NCBI GenBank assembly: GCA_022772525.1 | Contig: JALFAD010000046.1 | Location: 56-64,055, forward strand | Direction: 5' to 3' | DNA length: 64,000 nucleotides | From: Clostridiales bacterium | GTDB lineage: Bacteria > Bacillota > Clostridia > Oscillospirales > Oscillospiraceae | In this document: positions 1-8,589 of the stretch, piece by piece | How positions within the stretch are numbered: the stretch's first letter is position 1 | Layout of the letters: each line of letters starts with the position of its first letter | Translations under genes and position numbers: made by a program | The notes under the pieces: model-generated | Told to the model about the DNA's origin: nothing | Database searches by the model: none | What the model saw: the letters and a program-made list of their open reading frames with translations, nothing else

Positions 1-24
1 GCATTTTCGGCTGCTTCCCTTGTC

Positions 25-458
25 GTCGCTCCCCGCACGGGGAGCGTGGATTGAAATGCCCTTGTATACATCATCCATGTGGAAGCCATAAGTCGCTCCC
101 CGCACGGGGAGCGTGGATTGAGATTGTTTGGCAAAGCTCGCAGAGGCCGCCGTCGATGGTCGCTCCCCGCACGGGGAGCGTGGATTGAAATATTTCACAC
201 TCTAGCATAAAACTTCTCGTTAGTCGTCGCTCCCCGCACGGGGAGCGTGGATTGAAATGACATTTTCCACATGGAACAGTTGTATACCACTCGTCGCTCC
301 CCGCACGGGGAGCGTGGATTGAAATAAAGTCAGAGCCGGCTTCCAGATCGTCAATGGCTGTCGCTCCCCGCACGGGGAGCGTGGATTGAAATTTTTTTGT
401 GTCCAGATTGGACACGATTTCCCTTGTCGCTCCCCGCACGGGGAGCGTGGATTGAAAT
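25..458 (+). CRISPR. CRISPR array, type I-C-like repeat; probably continues left of the window
   Basis: Seven 33-bp repeats GTCGCTCCCCGCACGGGGAGCGTGGATTGAAAT start at 25, 92 (ends GAGAT), 159, 226, 293, 360 and 426. The six complete spacers are unique and 33-34 bp. The internal palindrome and GAAAT end are typical of I-C repeats. Confidence 0.97.
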
Positions 459-544
459 CGATATAAAACAACTGTTTCCTCTTTTAACGGTAAGGGCGCA
501 TTTCTATACGGGTCGAGTCCCGTATGTGCGCTCTGTGAAACTGA

Positions 545-578
545 ACAGCCCGGGCACCTGAGTGTCCGGGCTGTTTTG
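545..578 (+). terminator. Intrinsic terminator downstream of the CRISPR array
   Basis: ACAGCCCGGGCAC-ctga-GTGTCCGGGCTGT hairpin followed by a T-run. Confidence 0.6.
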
Positions 579-599
579 CGTCACTTCGTTCCGAGCAAG

Positions 600-1319
600 G
601 GGCTGGTCTCGCCTGCCGGCTCGTGAAGTGCAACGCTTACAAAAAGCAGGGTTTTTCTGTTGTAACGCTGATACAGTACCTATTCTGCCTGGCCTTCCGC
701 AACCGCAGTATGTTTCTGGATATGCAGTTGGAAAAAGCACCGGAATTCCGGAAGGACACGGTATACCATCTGAAAAACTCCACACATATTGACTGGAAAC
801 GTATTACCGCTCTGCTTGCCTCCAGGATTATCGGCGACACCATTGCGCCGCTTACTTCCGAGAATCGCCGGAAGCAGGAATCCGGGTGAATTATGTGCTG
901 TTCGACAGCTGGTTTTCCTCCCCCAAAGTGATCCGTTCCATGAAAGCACTGGGGCTGGATGTGGTTGCCATGGTGAAAAAGAGCAGCAAGATCCATTACC
1001 GTTTTCAGGGGCAGATGTGTTCGTGCAAGGATATCTGTTTCTGGCAGTGGGCATCCGGGAGGACAGGGATCTGCGCTCAGCCGGGCCGCTGTTCTGCCTG
1101 GCAGCGGATGAAATGGCGGATATCTCCTTTGCTGCCGCCTTTAAAAAATGCATCTTTTTCTCCAAAAACTGCTGGAGGGATTTATTACCCGGAAAGAGGA
1201 AATCTGCGCGCTGGTCACGGATTTCCTTGGGGGGTTGCCTGCTGACATGAAGCGTTTCCTCGTTTTTGAGGGCTTAATGGGTACTCCTGCCCCTAAAATG
1301 GGGTGCGAAGTTTGAGTTA
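600..1319 (+). pseudogene. Internally deleted IS4-like DDE transposase remnant
   Basis: Collinear fragments in different frames: CNAYKKQG..FRKDTVY..HIDWKR (623-889), YVLFDSWFSSPK..VVAMVKKS (886-1030) and LFCLAADEMADISF (~1090-1140). GTGCGAAGTTTGAGTTA near 1303-1319 may be the element end. Confidence 0.75.
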
Positions 1320-1329
1320 TATAATTTTA

Positions 1330-2277
1330 TCAAGAAAGAGTATTACACAGCGTTGCCGCAATCTCCACGATGTGCTCAGCACTCAGACCGAACTGCTTCA
1401 GCAACGCGCCGGCGGGGCCGGAGTGGCCAAACTCGTCGTTGACGCCGATACGGCGCACGGGCGTGGGCAGCTTCTCGCTGAGCAGGCTGCAAACCGCCTC
1501 GCCCAAACCGCCGATGATAGAGTGCTCCTCGCAGGTGATGATCTTGCCGCACTTGCCTGCCGCAGCCAGTACCAGTTCCTCGTCCAGAGGCTTGATGGTA
1601 GCCATATTGACGACCATGGCGCTGATGCCCCTGGCAGCCAGCTCCTCCGCCGCCGCGACAGCTTCATAGACCAGCAGGCCGTTGGCGATGATAGCAACGT
1701 CCGTGCCGTCCCGCAGAACCTCTCCCTTGCCGATCTGGAAGTTGAAGCCTTCCTCATGAACAACAGGCACTGCGGCCCGGCCAAAGCGCATATACACAGG
1801 GCCTTCATACTCGTAAGCGGCCTTGACCATAGCCTCAGCCTCCACCGTGTCCGCAGGGCTCATGACCACCATACCGGGAATGGAGCGCATCAGGGCAAAG
1901 TCCTCGCAACACTGATGGCTGGCCCCGTCCTCACCCACGGAGATGCCGCCGTGGGTGGCACCGATCTTCACGTTCAGGTGGGGGTAGCCGATGGAGTTGC
2001 GTACCTGCTCAAAGGCACGGCCCGCCGCGAACATGGCAAAGGAGGAAGCGAATGGCACCAGCCCGGTGGTAGCCAGGCCCGCCGCCACACACATCATATC
2101 CGCCTCCGCAATGCCGCAGTCAAAGTGACGGTCAGGGAAAGCCTTCTTGAAAACACCGGTCTTGGTAGCGCCCGCCAGATCGGCATCCAGCACAACCAGA
2201 TTTTCATGCTCCGCGCCAAGCTCCACCAGAGCCTTGCCGTAGCCCTCCCGGGTCGCGATTTTCTTTACGTCTGCCAT
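1330..2277 (-). CDS. Transketolase, C-terminal subunit
   Basis: DADLAGAT, GIAEADM, GEDGASHQ and EEHSIIGGLG motifs. Confidence 0.95.
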   Translation of the reverse strand: MADVKKIATREGYGKALVELGAEHENLVVLDADLAGATKTGVFKKAFPDRHFDCGIAEADMMCVAAGLATTGLVPFASSFAMFAAGRAFEQVRNSIGYPHLNVKIGATHGGISVGEDGASHQCCEDFALMRSIPGMVVMSPADTVEAEAMVKAAYEYEGPVYMRFGRAAVPVVHEEGFNFQIGKGEVLRDGTDVAIIANGLLVYEAVAAAEELAARGISAMVVNMATIKPLDEELVLAAAGKCGKIITCEEHSIIGGLGEAVCSLLSEKLPTPVRRIGVNDEFGHSGPAGALLKQFGLSAEHIVEIAATLCNTLS

Positions 2278-2278
2278 A

Positions 2279-3133
2279 TTACCTGCCCTCCAGTTCCGCC
2301 AGAATCGCCTTCAGTTCGCCGATGGCCTGCTCATGCTCGGCATCGTTAGGTGCCTTGCCGTGCCAGCCCGCGTTGTTCTCCATAAAGGACACGCCCTTGC
2401 CCTTGATGGTCTTCATCACAATGGCGGTGGGCTGTCCCTTGGTTGCCCGAGCGGTGTTCAGAGCGGCCTCGATCTGGTCAAAGTCGTGTCCGTCGATGGT
2501 GAGGGCCTTGAAGCCGAAAGCCTCCAGCTTGTCCACGATGGGATAGGGGCTCATCACGTCGGCAACATCGCCGTCGATCTGCAGTCCGTTGTTGTCAATA
2601 ATGACGCACAGGTTGTCCAGCTTGTAGTGGGAAGCGAACATACAGGCTTCCCAGACCTGACCCTCCTGAATCTCGCCGTCGCCCAGCAGAGTATATACCC
2701 TGGCAGACTTGCCCTGATGCTTCAGGCCCAGCGCCATACCGGCGGCGCAGGAGATGCCCTGACCCAGAGAACCGGTGGACATATCCACGCCGGGAACGCT
2801 GTTCATATTGGGGTGGCCCTGAAGATAAGAGTCAATATGGCGCAGGGTGAGCAGATCCTCCACAGGGAAAAAGCCCCGGTACGCCAGCGCGGCGTACAGG
2901 CCGGGAGCAGTGTGGCCCTTACTCAGAACAAAACGGTCCCGGTTCTCCCATCTTGGGTTTTTGGGGTCGATGTTCAGTTCCTTAAAGTACAGGTAGGTAA
3001 ACATTTCCGTCGCGGACAGGCTGCCGCCGGGATGGCCGGCCTTGGCGCTGTGGGTGGAATCGATGATGCCCATGCGAACTTTGCAGGCAGTGATCTGCAG
3101 CTGCTTTTTCTCATTCGGAGTCAAAACAATCAC
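2279..3133 (-). CDS. Transketolase, N-terminal TPP-binding subunit
   Basis: GHPGGSLS, DRFVLSKGH, STGSLGQG and GDGE...EG motifs. Confidence 0.95.
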   Translation of the reverse strand: MIVLTPNEKKQLQITACKVRMGIIDSTHSAKAGHPGGSLSATEMFTYLYFKELNIDPKNPRWENRDRFVLSKGHTAPGLYAALAYRGFFPVEDLLTLRHIDSYLQGHPNMNSVPGVDMSTGSLGQGISCAAGMALGLKHQGKSARVYTLLGDGEIQEGQVWEACMFASHYKLDNLCVIIDNNGLQIDGDVADVMSPYPIVDKLEAFGFKALTIDGHDFDQIEAALNTARATKGQPTAIVMKTIKGKGVSFMENNAGWHGKAPNDAEHEQAIGELKAILAELEGR

Positions 3134-3384
3134 ATCCTATATCCTAAGTAATCTTTCTTCCTTCATACGGCAGGAAGGAACCCCAAACATCGCCGCACCG
3201 CTCCTTCGCTTCCGTGAATTCTGCCGATAATAGTTTACCACCGAACACGCAAATGGTCAACCGATTCCATTTTTTACCTCTTTTTTTCAGCGCTTTGTAC
3301 AGTTCCTGCCGTGCCGGCAGCCATTTCCTTCGGAAATACAGACGATTCCGTTCTTTCCGCAGACTGCCCGGTATCCGCCCGCCG

Positions 3385-4554
3385 TCACCATTGGCGGCAG
3401 AAGGTGTGATTTCCTATTGTGCCCCAGACGTTGTCATTGGTAACGTAGGTGCCGAAAAACACCACATCCTCGTCCGTCACATAGGGGCCATACTGCGCCC
3501 GGCGGATGGCCTCATACTGCACATGGGTGGGCTTGGCGGCGTAAATCTGACTGATCGCCTTGAACTGATCCGGCGCATAGAGCACATCATGGACAGTATT
3601 GGGAAAATTATCCGCCGCCACCCGGTTAAGCACCACCTCGGCAATGGCCTGCTGACCCTCAAACGGCTCGCTCTGGGCCTCCGCCCAGATGAGCTTCGCC
3701 AGAAGGTTCGTGTCCTCATCGCTCAAGGTCAGATCTGGATACCGCGGTTCTTCGGCAGGGGCAGTTCCCTCATAGCGGAAGGGCGTCTCCGGCATCTGGG
3801 CCGGGTCGTAGATCCAGGTGCCTTGATAGCCGCACAGAATATCTCCCTCCCGGAAGCCCTCGGCGAAGGATTTCTGCAGATTCCACAGGTCGTAATTCTT
3901 CCGGTTTGGGTCGTTGACCGTTATTTTCCCCGCTTCGTTGATTCCGGTGAGCACGATGAAGTGCTGCCCGGTGGTGAATACGGACTTTGGCCCCATCAGG
4001 GCAATGACCACCTTTCCGTCGTGCAGGGCCTGTCGGGCGATATGGAAATTCTCCGCCCGCTCCCAGGGAAGCTGAAGCTCGTCGGAAATATATTCCAGCG
4101 TCTGTATCTGGTTCCCGGTATAATCGGAGAACCATTCCGCCAGCGTATCCGGGCGGTATTCATAGCCGGTCAGGTAGGTGGCAACCATGGCGGCACTGGT
4201 AACACCGCTGCCGTATTCCGCGAAGGAGCCGGTGCCGTAGCGGATGTCCGGGTAGTCTGTCTCGTAATAGTTGGGGACGGAGTCATAGTGCGTCCGCTCC
4301 GGTTCCTCCGGCACCGTTTCCGGCACCGTTTCCGGCGGCAGGGTCTGCGTAGGCTCTGTGGTTCCCTCCGTCGGGGGTTCCGTGGTTTCCTCCGGCTCCA
4401 GCGGCGCATAGTACACCGTCTCCGTCGGCAGATTGACCGTCCGGCGCGTCTCCAGCGTAAACGCATCCCGAAATGCCGGCAGGAAGCCGGATACCACGCC
4501 GCACAATGCGCCGATGGCCGCCAATAAAAGAATGATTTTCTTTGTTCTGTTCAC
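3385..4554 (-). CDS. Exported C39-like peptidase domain fused to an SleB/Hydrolase_2 cell-wall hydrolase domain
   Basis: N-terminal hydrophobic segment, E/T/P-rich linker, HFIVL..DPN, and C-terminal LIWAEAQSE..VVLNRV..QF..IGNHTF. GTG start follows AAGGAG. Confidence 0.8.
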   Translation of the reverse strand: MNRTKKIILLLAAIGALCGVVSGFLPAFRDAFTLETRRTVNLPTETVYYAPLEPEETTEPPTEGTTEPTQTLPPETVPETVPEEPERTHYDSVPNYYETDYPDIRYGTGSFAEYGSGVTSAAMVATYLTGYEYRPDTLAEWFSDYTGNQIQTLEYISDELQLPWERAENFHIARQALHDGKVVIALMGPKSVFTTGQHFIVLTGINEAGKITVNDPNRKNYDLWNLQKSFAEGFREGDILCGYQGTWIYDPAQMPETPFRYEGTAPAEEPRYPDLTLSDEDTNLLAKLIWAEAQSEPFEGQQAIAEVVLNRVAADNFPNTVHDVLYAPDQFKAISQIYAAKPTHVQYEAIRRAQYGPYVTDEDVVFFGTYVTNDNVWGTIGNHTFCRQW

Positions 4555-4583
4555 AAGGGGCTCCTTTTCCAAGGGGAGGTGTG

Positions 4584-5681
4584 TTATCCTTCCAGCTCGT
4601 CGCGGACGAACTGCAGCAGATCCCGGATATGCAGCTGCTGAGGGCAGATTTCTTCACATTTTCCGCAGCGCAGGCAGTCGTCCGGCTTTCCGCCGCCCAT
4701 CGGGGCGTTGTCCGCAGCGCCGGTGCGCCGTTTGTCATTCAGGCGGGCGAACAGGTCTGGAATGGGAATTTCCATGGGGCAGACCTCGGTGCAGTAGCTG
4801 CAGCCGGTGCAGGGAATCAGGCCCTGTCCCCGCAGGATTCCGCGCACCCGAGCAGCCGCCGCCTGCTCCTGGGTCGAGAGCGGCTGGAAGTTGCGCATAA
4901 ACGCCGTATTTTCCCGCACCTGCTCCAATGTGCTCATGCCGGAGAGCACCGTGCGGATTCCGGGAAAGCCCGCCGCGTACCGGATGGCGTAGCTTGCGTT
5001 GGAGCCGCCGCCCAAGTCGTCAAAAATCCGCTGGGCCTGGGGCGGCAGGTTCACCAGAGAGCCGCCCTTTACCGGCTCCATGACGAACACCGGTTTCCCG
5101 TGGTTCCGGCAGACCTCATAACAATCGAAGGAGCGCACCTTTGGGTCGTCATAATCCAGGTAATTGAACTGAAGCTGCACCACTTCGATCTGGGGATACT
5201 CCGTCAGAACCCGATCCAGCACCTGTGGGCTGTCGTGAAAGGAGATGCCAAAATGGCGTATCTTCCCTTCCGCCTTCAATTCCAGCGCCGTCTCATAGGC
5301 CCGGCAGCGCCTGTATTTTTCAAACCGCTCCCCGCTCTGGGCGTGCATCAGGTAGAAATCAAAATAGTTTACCCCGCAGGCTTCCAGCTGCTGCCGGAAC
5401 AGGGGGCGGATATCCTCCTGCTTCTCAAAAAAATAGTGGGTCAGCTTGTTGGTCAGAACGTAGCGCTCCCTTGGATACCGGGCGGTCAGGCAGGTTTTCA
5501 GTGCCTTCTCGCTCTGCCCGCCAAGGTAGCCGTGGGCCGTGTCAAAATAGTTGAAGCCGGCCGCCAGAAAGGCATCCACCATCTGCGTGGTCTGACGGAT
5601 ATCCACCTGCTCACCGGTCATGGGCAAGCGCATAAAGCCAAACCCGAGTTGCTTCTGAATTTCCGGAAATACCGCTTCCAT
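4584..5681 (-). CDS. Aldo/keto reductase with C-terminal 4Fe-4S dicluster
   Basis: LGFGFMRLP, YFDTAHGY, GISFH, CTGCSYC and CLRCGKCEEICPQ motifs. Confidence 0.92.
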   Translation of the reverse strand: MEAVFPEIQKQLGFGFMRLPMTGEQVDIRQTTQMVDAFLAAGFNYFDTAHGYLGGQSEKALKTCLTARYPRERYVLTNKLTHYFFEKQEDIRPLFRQQLEACGVNYFDFYLMHAQSGERFEKYRRCRAYETALELKAEGKIRHFGISFHDSPQVLDRVLTEYPQIEVVQLQFNYLDYDDPKVRSFDCYEVCRNHGKPVFVMEPVKGGSLVNLPPQAQRIFDDLGGGSNASYAIRYAAGFPGIRTVLSGMSTLEQVRENTAFMRNFQPLSTQEQAAAARVRGILRGQGLIPCTGCSYCTEVCPMEIPIPDLFARLNDKRRTGAADNAPMGGGKPDDCLRCGKCEEICPQQLHIRDLLQFVRDELEG

Positions 5682-5737
5682 ATCCACGTCTCCTTTTCAT
5701 TTTGCTGCGGGGATGGCCTCAGTTCAGATAATTGTTC

Positions 5738-5810
5738 GCGGCGAGTCGCCGCGGACAATGCGTGCACAGCGTTGCATACTCGTTACACCATTGGGTATAG
5801 CTCGGTATCG
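5738..5810 (+). repeat. Dispersed repeat family A, copy 1
   Basis: GCGGCGAGTCGCCGCGGACAATGCG...CGTTACACCATTGGGTATAGCTCGGTATCG. Related copies lie at 8491-8585(-), 25098-25167(+) and 25408-25480(-). Confidence 0.8.
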
Positions 5811-5864
5811 GCGGTACTCGATAATGTAGTATATTTCCCTTTCGCTAACTAAGCGACGACCACT

Positions 5865-5961
5865 GTAGGGCGGGCTGCCCTCAGCCCGCCGCTCCGCTGT
5901 AAGGCGGAAACAGCACGAATTCCGCTTACGCGGACGGCGGCTTGAGGGCAAGCCGCCCTAC
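5865..5961. repeat. GTAG-type REP doublet (REPIN-like)
   Basis: GTAGGGCGGGCTGCCCTCAGCCCGCCG with inverted partner CGGCGGCTTGAGGGCAAGCCGCCCTAC. The same arms occur at 16291-16365. Confidence 0.85.
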
Positions 5962-6152
5962 GGAGAGTGTTCGTTAACTATGTTCTTCTTTACCGCATCC
6001 ATTGGCTTAAATTATACCAGAGCGCCGACGGAACGTCAACCGTTCCGCCCGCTTCCGTTCCCCCATTATTTTTACGACAACTCTTCTTCTCTTTCGTACA
6101 ATGGCAGGGAAGCCAACCCGGCTTTCAAAAAAACACACAGGAGGTTATTTTG

Positions 6153-7340
6153 ATGCAGATTCAAACAAAAATCGGCGTTGACCTGAACCGTCCCGGCATT
6201 CAGGCGGTTCCGGCCATGCAGCACGACGGGCAGACCCGGGCGGTGGAGATTTCCCTGCAGTGCGATGGGGAAGCCTGGCAGCCGCCGGAGGGCGTCACTG
6301 CCGCCATCGGCTACGAAAAACCCGACCGCACCCGGGGCCTTTACGACAAGCTCTCCGACGGCAGCGCCGCCGTCACGGTCAGCGGCAGCACGGCAACTGT
6401 CATCCTTGCCCGGCAGATGCTCAGCGTGCCCGGCACCGTCCGGGCCTGCCTGGTATTTCTGGACGAAAACCTGAACCAGCTTTCCACCTTTCCTTTCCAG
6501 ATTCAGGTGCAGGTCAACCCGGCGGTGGACGCGCCAGAGTCGGAAGACTACTGCCGTCTGCAGTGGCTGGAGGACAAGCTGGCGGAATATCTGGCGCTGG
6601 CGAAGGACAGCGGGGAATTTACCGGCCCCACCGGCCCCGGGCCAGTGCTTCTGGGGCAGGAGGTCGCTTTTCAGGTCAGTCAGGATTTCCGGCACATTCC
6701 CACAGGCATCTGGAGTGAAACTCTGCCCTCCTGCTCCCCGAAGGAATATGTGTGGAGCCGCACCACGGCCCACTACGATTCCGGGGATGTCATTACCTAC
6801 AGCGTCAGCCGCAACGGCGCCGACGGTTCCGGCGCGGTGTCCACCGTATGCGGCGTTGCCCCGGACGATGAAGGGAATGTGCCCCTCACCGCCGAGGATG
6901 TGGGGGCGCTGTCCTGCGTCGGCGGCACTGTGCAGGGCCAGCTGGACATGGGCGGGCAGAAGCTCACCGGCCTGCCCACGCCCACGGACGACGCCGACGC
7001 TGCCGGGAAGGGCTATGTGGATACGCAGGCCGCCGCTGCCGTGACCGCCGCCAAACAGTCCGTGAAAACCAAATTTGTATCCTTCCTCCTCGGCAGCGCC
7101 AAATGGGTAGGTGACAGTGCGCCCTACACCCTGTTTATCCCTGTTTCCAATCTCACGGATGAAATGCTGACCCGGGCCTACCCCCTGTACACCGGCACCG
7201 ACATCGACAAGGATCTGGCAGTAAAGGAGGCCAGCGCCGCCGTCAGCTTCGCCAAGCGCACAGGCGGCGGCATCACCTTCACCTGTCTGGAGGAGAAGCC
7301 CGCCGCCGATATCCCCGTGACGGTGGAGGTGTATGTGTAA
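6153..7340 (+). CDS. Phage baseplate-upper (BppU-like)/tail-fibre-like protein, isolated gene
   Basis: AGGAGG RBS. N-terminal AMQHDGQTRAVEISL..YEKPD..G is BppU-like. It also has a short GPT stretch, tail-fibre-like VSTVCG..GNVPLTAEDVGAL, and P..DADAAGKGYVD. Confidence 0.7.
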   Translation: MQIQTKIGVDLNRPGIQAVPAMQHDGQTRAVEISLQCDGEAWQPPEGVTAAIGYEKPDRTRGLYDKLSDGSAAVTVSGSTATVILARQMLSVPGTVRACLVFLDENLNQLSTFPFQIQVQVNPAVDAPESEDYCRLQWLEDKLAEYLALAKDSGEFTGPTGPGPVLLGQEVAFQVSQDFRHIPTGIWSETLPSCSPKEYVWSRTTAHYDSGDVITYSVSRNGADGSGAVSTVCGVAPDDEGNVPLTAEDVGALSCVGGTVQGQLDMGGQKLTGLPTPTDDADAAGKGYVDTQAAAAVTAAKQSVKTKFVSFLLGSAKWVGDSAPYTLFIPVSNLTDEMLTRAYPLYTGTDIDKDLAVKEASAAVSFAKRTGGGITFTCLEEKPAADIPVTVEVYV

Positions 7341-7452
7341 GCGCCGATATATTTTCGGCATATGTCAATAATTTTGCTTGCCATTTTGCTGTTTCTCTGG
7401 TAAAATATAGACATCATTCGGGGAGTTCCCCGTGTTAAAGGAGGATACCATT

Positions 7453-7995
7453 ATGGCAAATAAATATGCTGGAACCCAAACCGAGAAGAATCTGGAAGCT
7501 GCTTTTGCCGGCGAATCCGGAGCCAGAAACAAGTACACCTATTTCGCTTCCAAGGCCAAGAAAGACGGCTTTGAGCAGATTGCCGCTCTGTTCCTGAAGA
7601 CCGCCGACAACGAGAAGGAACACGCAAAAATGTGGTACAAGGAGCTGCACGACGGCATCGGCTCCACCGCTGAGAACCTGCTGGCAGCCGCCGAGGGTGA
7701 GAACTACGAGTGGACGGATATGTACGCCGGCTTTGCCAAGACCGCCGAGGAAGAGGGCTTCCCGGAGCTGGCCGCCAAGTTCCGTCTGGTCGCCGCCATC
7801 GAAAAGCACCACGAGGAGCGTTACCGCGCCCTGCTGAAAAATGTGGAGACCGCTCAGGTCTTTGAAAAGAGCGAGGTCAAGGTCTGGGAGTGCCGCAACT
7901 GCGGTCACATCGTCGTGGGCACCAAGGCCCCCGAAATCTGCCCCACCTGCAACCATCCCCAGAGCTACTTTGAGGTTCACGCTGAGAACTACTAA
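7453..7995 (+). CDS. rbr: Rubrerythrin
   Basis: [20 protein letters not shown] and C-terminal CRNCGH..CPTCNHP. Confidence 0.95.
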   Translation: MANKYAGTQTEKNLEAAFAGESGARNKYTYFASKAKKDGFEQIAALFLKTADNEKEHAKMWYKELHDGIGSTAENLLAAAEGENYEWTDMYAGFAKTAEEEGFPELAAKFRLVAAIEKHHEERYRALLKNVETAQVFEKSEVKVWECRNCGHIVVGTKAPEICPTCNHPQSYFEVHAENY

Positions 7996-8056
7996 TCAAA
8001 CGCAGAAGCGCCGCGGCTCATGCCGCGGCGCTGTTACGCTGAATACGGAAATTCCC

Positions 8057-8084
8057 TTGACTTCTTCATCCTGTGTGGTATAAT
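8057..8084 (+). promoter_or_regulatory. SigA-type promoter for a putative antisense sRNA
   Basis: TTGACT-N16-TATAAT with an extended -10 TG. Confidence 0.7.
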
Positions 8085-8089
8085 GAACA

Positions 8090-8186
8090 TGAAAAGAGCA
8101 CTGCCGATAAGCGGTCAGCTCTTGTGGGTGATTTCTACAATATCATAGAAACCGTCACTTGGCCGAGTGGCGGTTTCTGCTTTTTA
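8090..8186 (+). ncRNA. Putative antisense sRNA (~95 nt)
   Basis: Lies between the promoter above and the terminator AGAAACCGTCACT-tggccg-AGTGGCGGTTTCT-gcttttt. Overlaps the 3' end of the small ORF on the opposite strand. Confidence 0.55.
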
Positions 8187-8238
8187 CACAAATTGTAATG
8201 GTAAATCTACCAATATGTACAGTCAGTGTAATGGGCAT
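8155..8238 (-). CDS. 27-aa peptide MPITLTVHIGRFTITICVKSRNRHSAK, candidate type I toxin
   Basis: Strong RBS AAAGGAGGTGA and its own promoter. Hydrophobic N-terminal part with a basic tail. Confidence 0.65.
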   Translation of the reverse strand: MPITLTVHIGRFTITICVKSRNRHSAK

Positions 8239-8380
8239 ATGCTTCACCTCCTTTCGGAGATGCAGCTGACCGCCTATCCGCGGTGCGTCGCGCAGCGAAT
8301 CAGAATTTTCTGATTGCTTGGCAATCACACCGCTATCCACTATGGCAATGCTCTTCCCAGCCCCATATGGGGATGCAAAT

Positions 8381-8409
8381 ATTCTATTAAGAAGAAAGAA
8401 AAAAGTCAA
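8381..8409 (-). promoter_or_regulatory. SigA-type promoter for the small-peptide mRNA
   Basis: TTGACT-N17-TAGAAT on the minus strand. Confidence 0.7.
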
Positions 8410-8490
8410 TTGTAGGCTTAGCCTTATGATACGAAACAACAGGCCGCCCCGAACGGGACGGCCTGTCTGCTATTATTGGGGAAATGTAAA

Positions 8491-8585
8491 GATACCGGGC
8501 GGTACCCAATGGTGCAACGATCACCGACCAGGTTCGTAACGTATCAGTCGGCCGTCTTACGGCCCGCATTGGCTGTCGGCCCTGC
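8491..8585 (-). repeat. Dispersed repeat family A, copy 2
   Basis: Minus strand reads GCAGGGCCGACAGCCAATGCG...CGTTGCACCATTGGGTACCGCCCGGTATC. Confidence 0.7.
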
Positions 8586-8589
8586 CGAA

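Noticed and set aside
58-292. Spacers 1 and 4 share TTGTATAC and a reverse-complement 10-mer (CCATGTGGAA/TTCCACATGG)
   Set aside because: The matches are short and in inconsistent orientation, so chance is plausible. No self-target was seen by eye in the window.
71-471. ORFs 71-439 and 220-471 on the minus strand
   Set aside because: They are translations of CRISPR repeats (recurring FQSTLPVRGAT and FNPRSPCGER).
5967-6152. N-terminal extension of the BppU-like ORF
   Set aside because: The AGGAGG RBS supports the ATG at 6153, and the upstream sequence looks intergenic.
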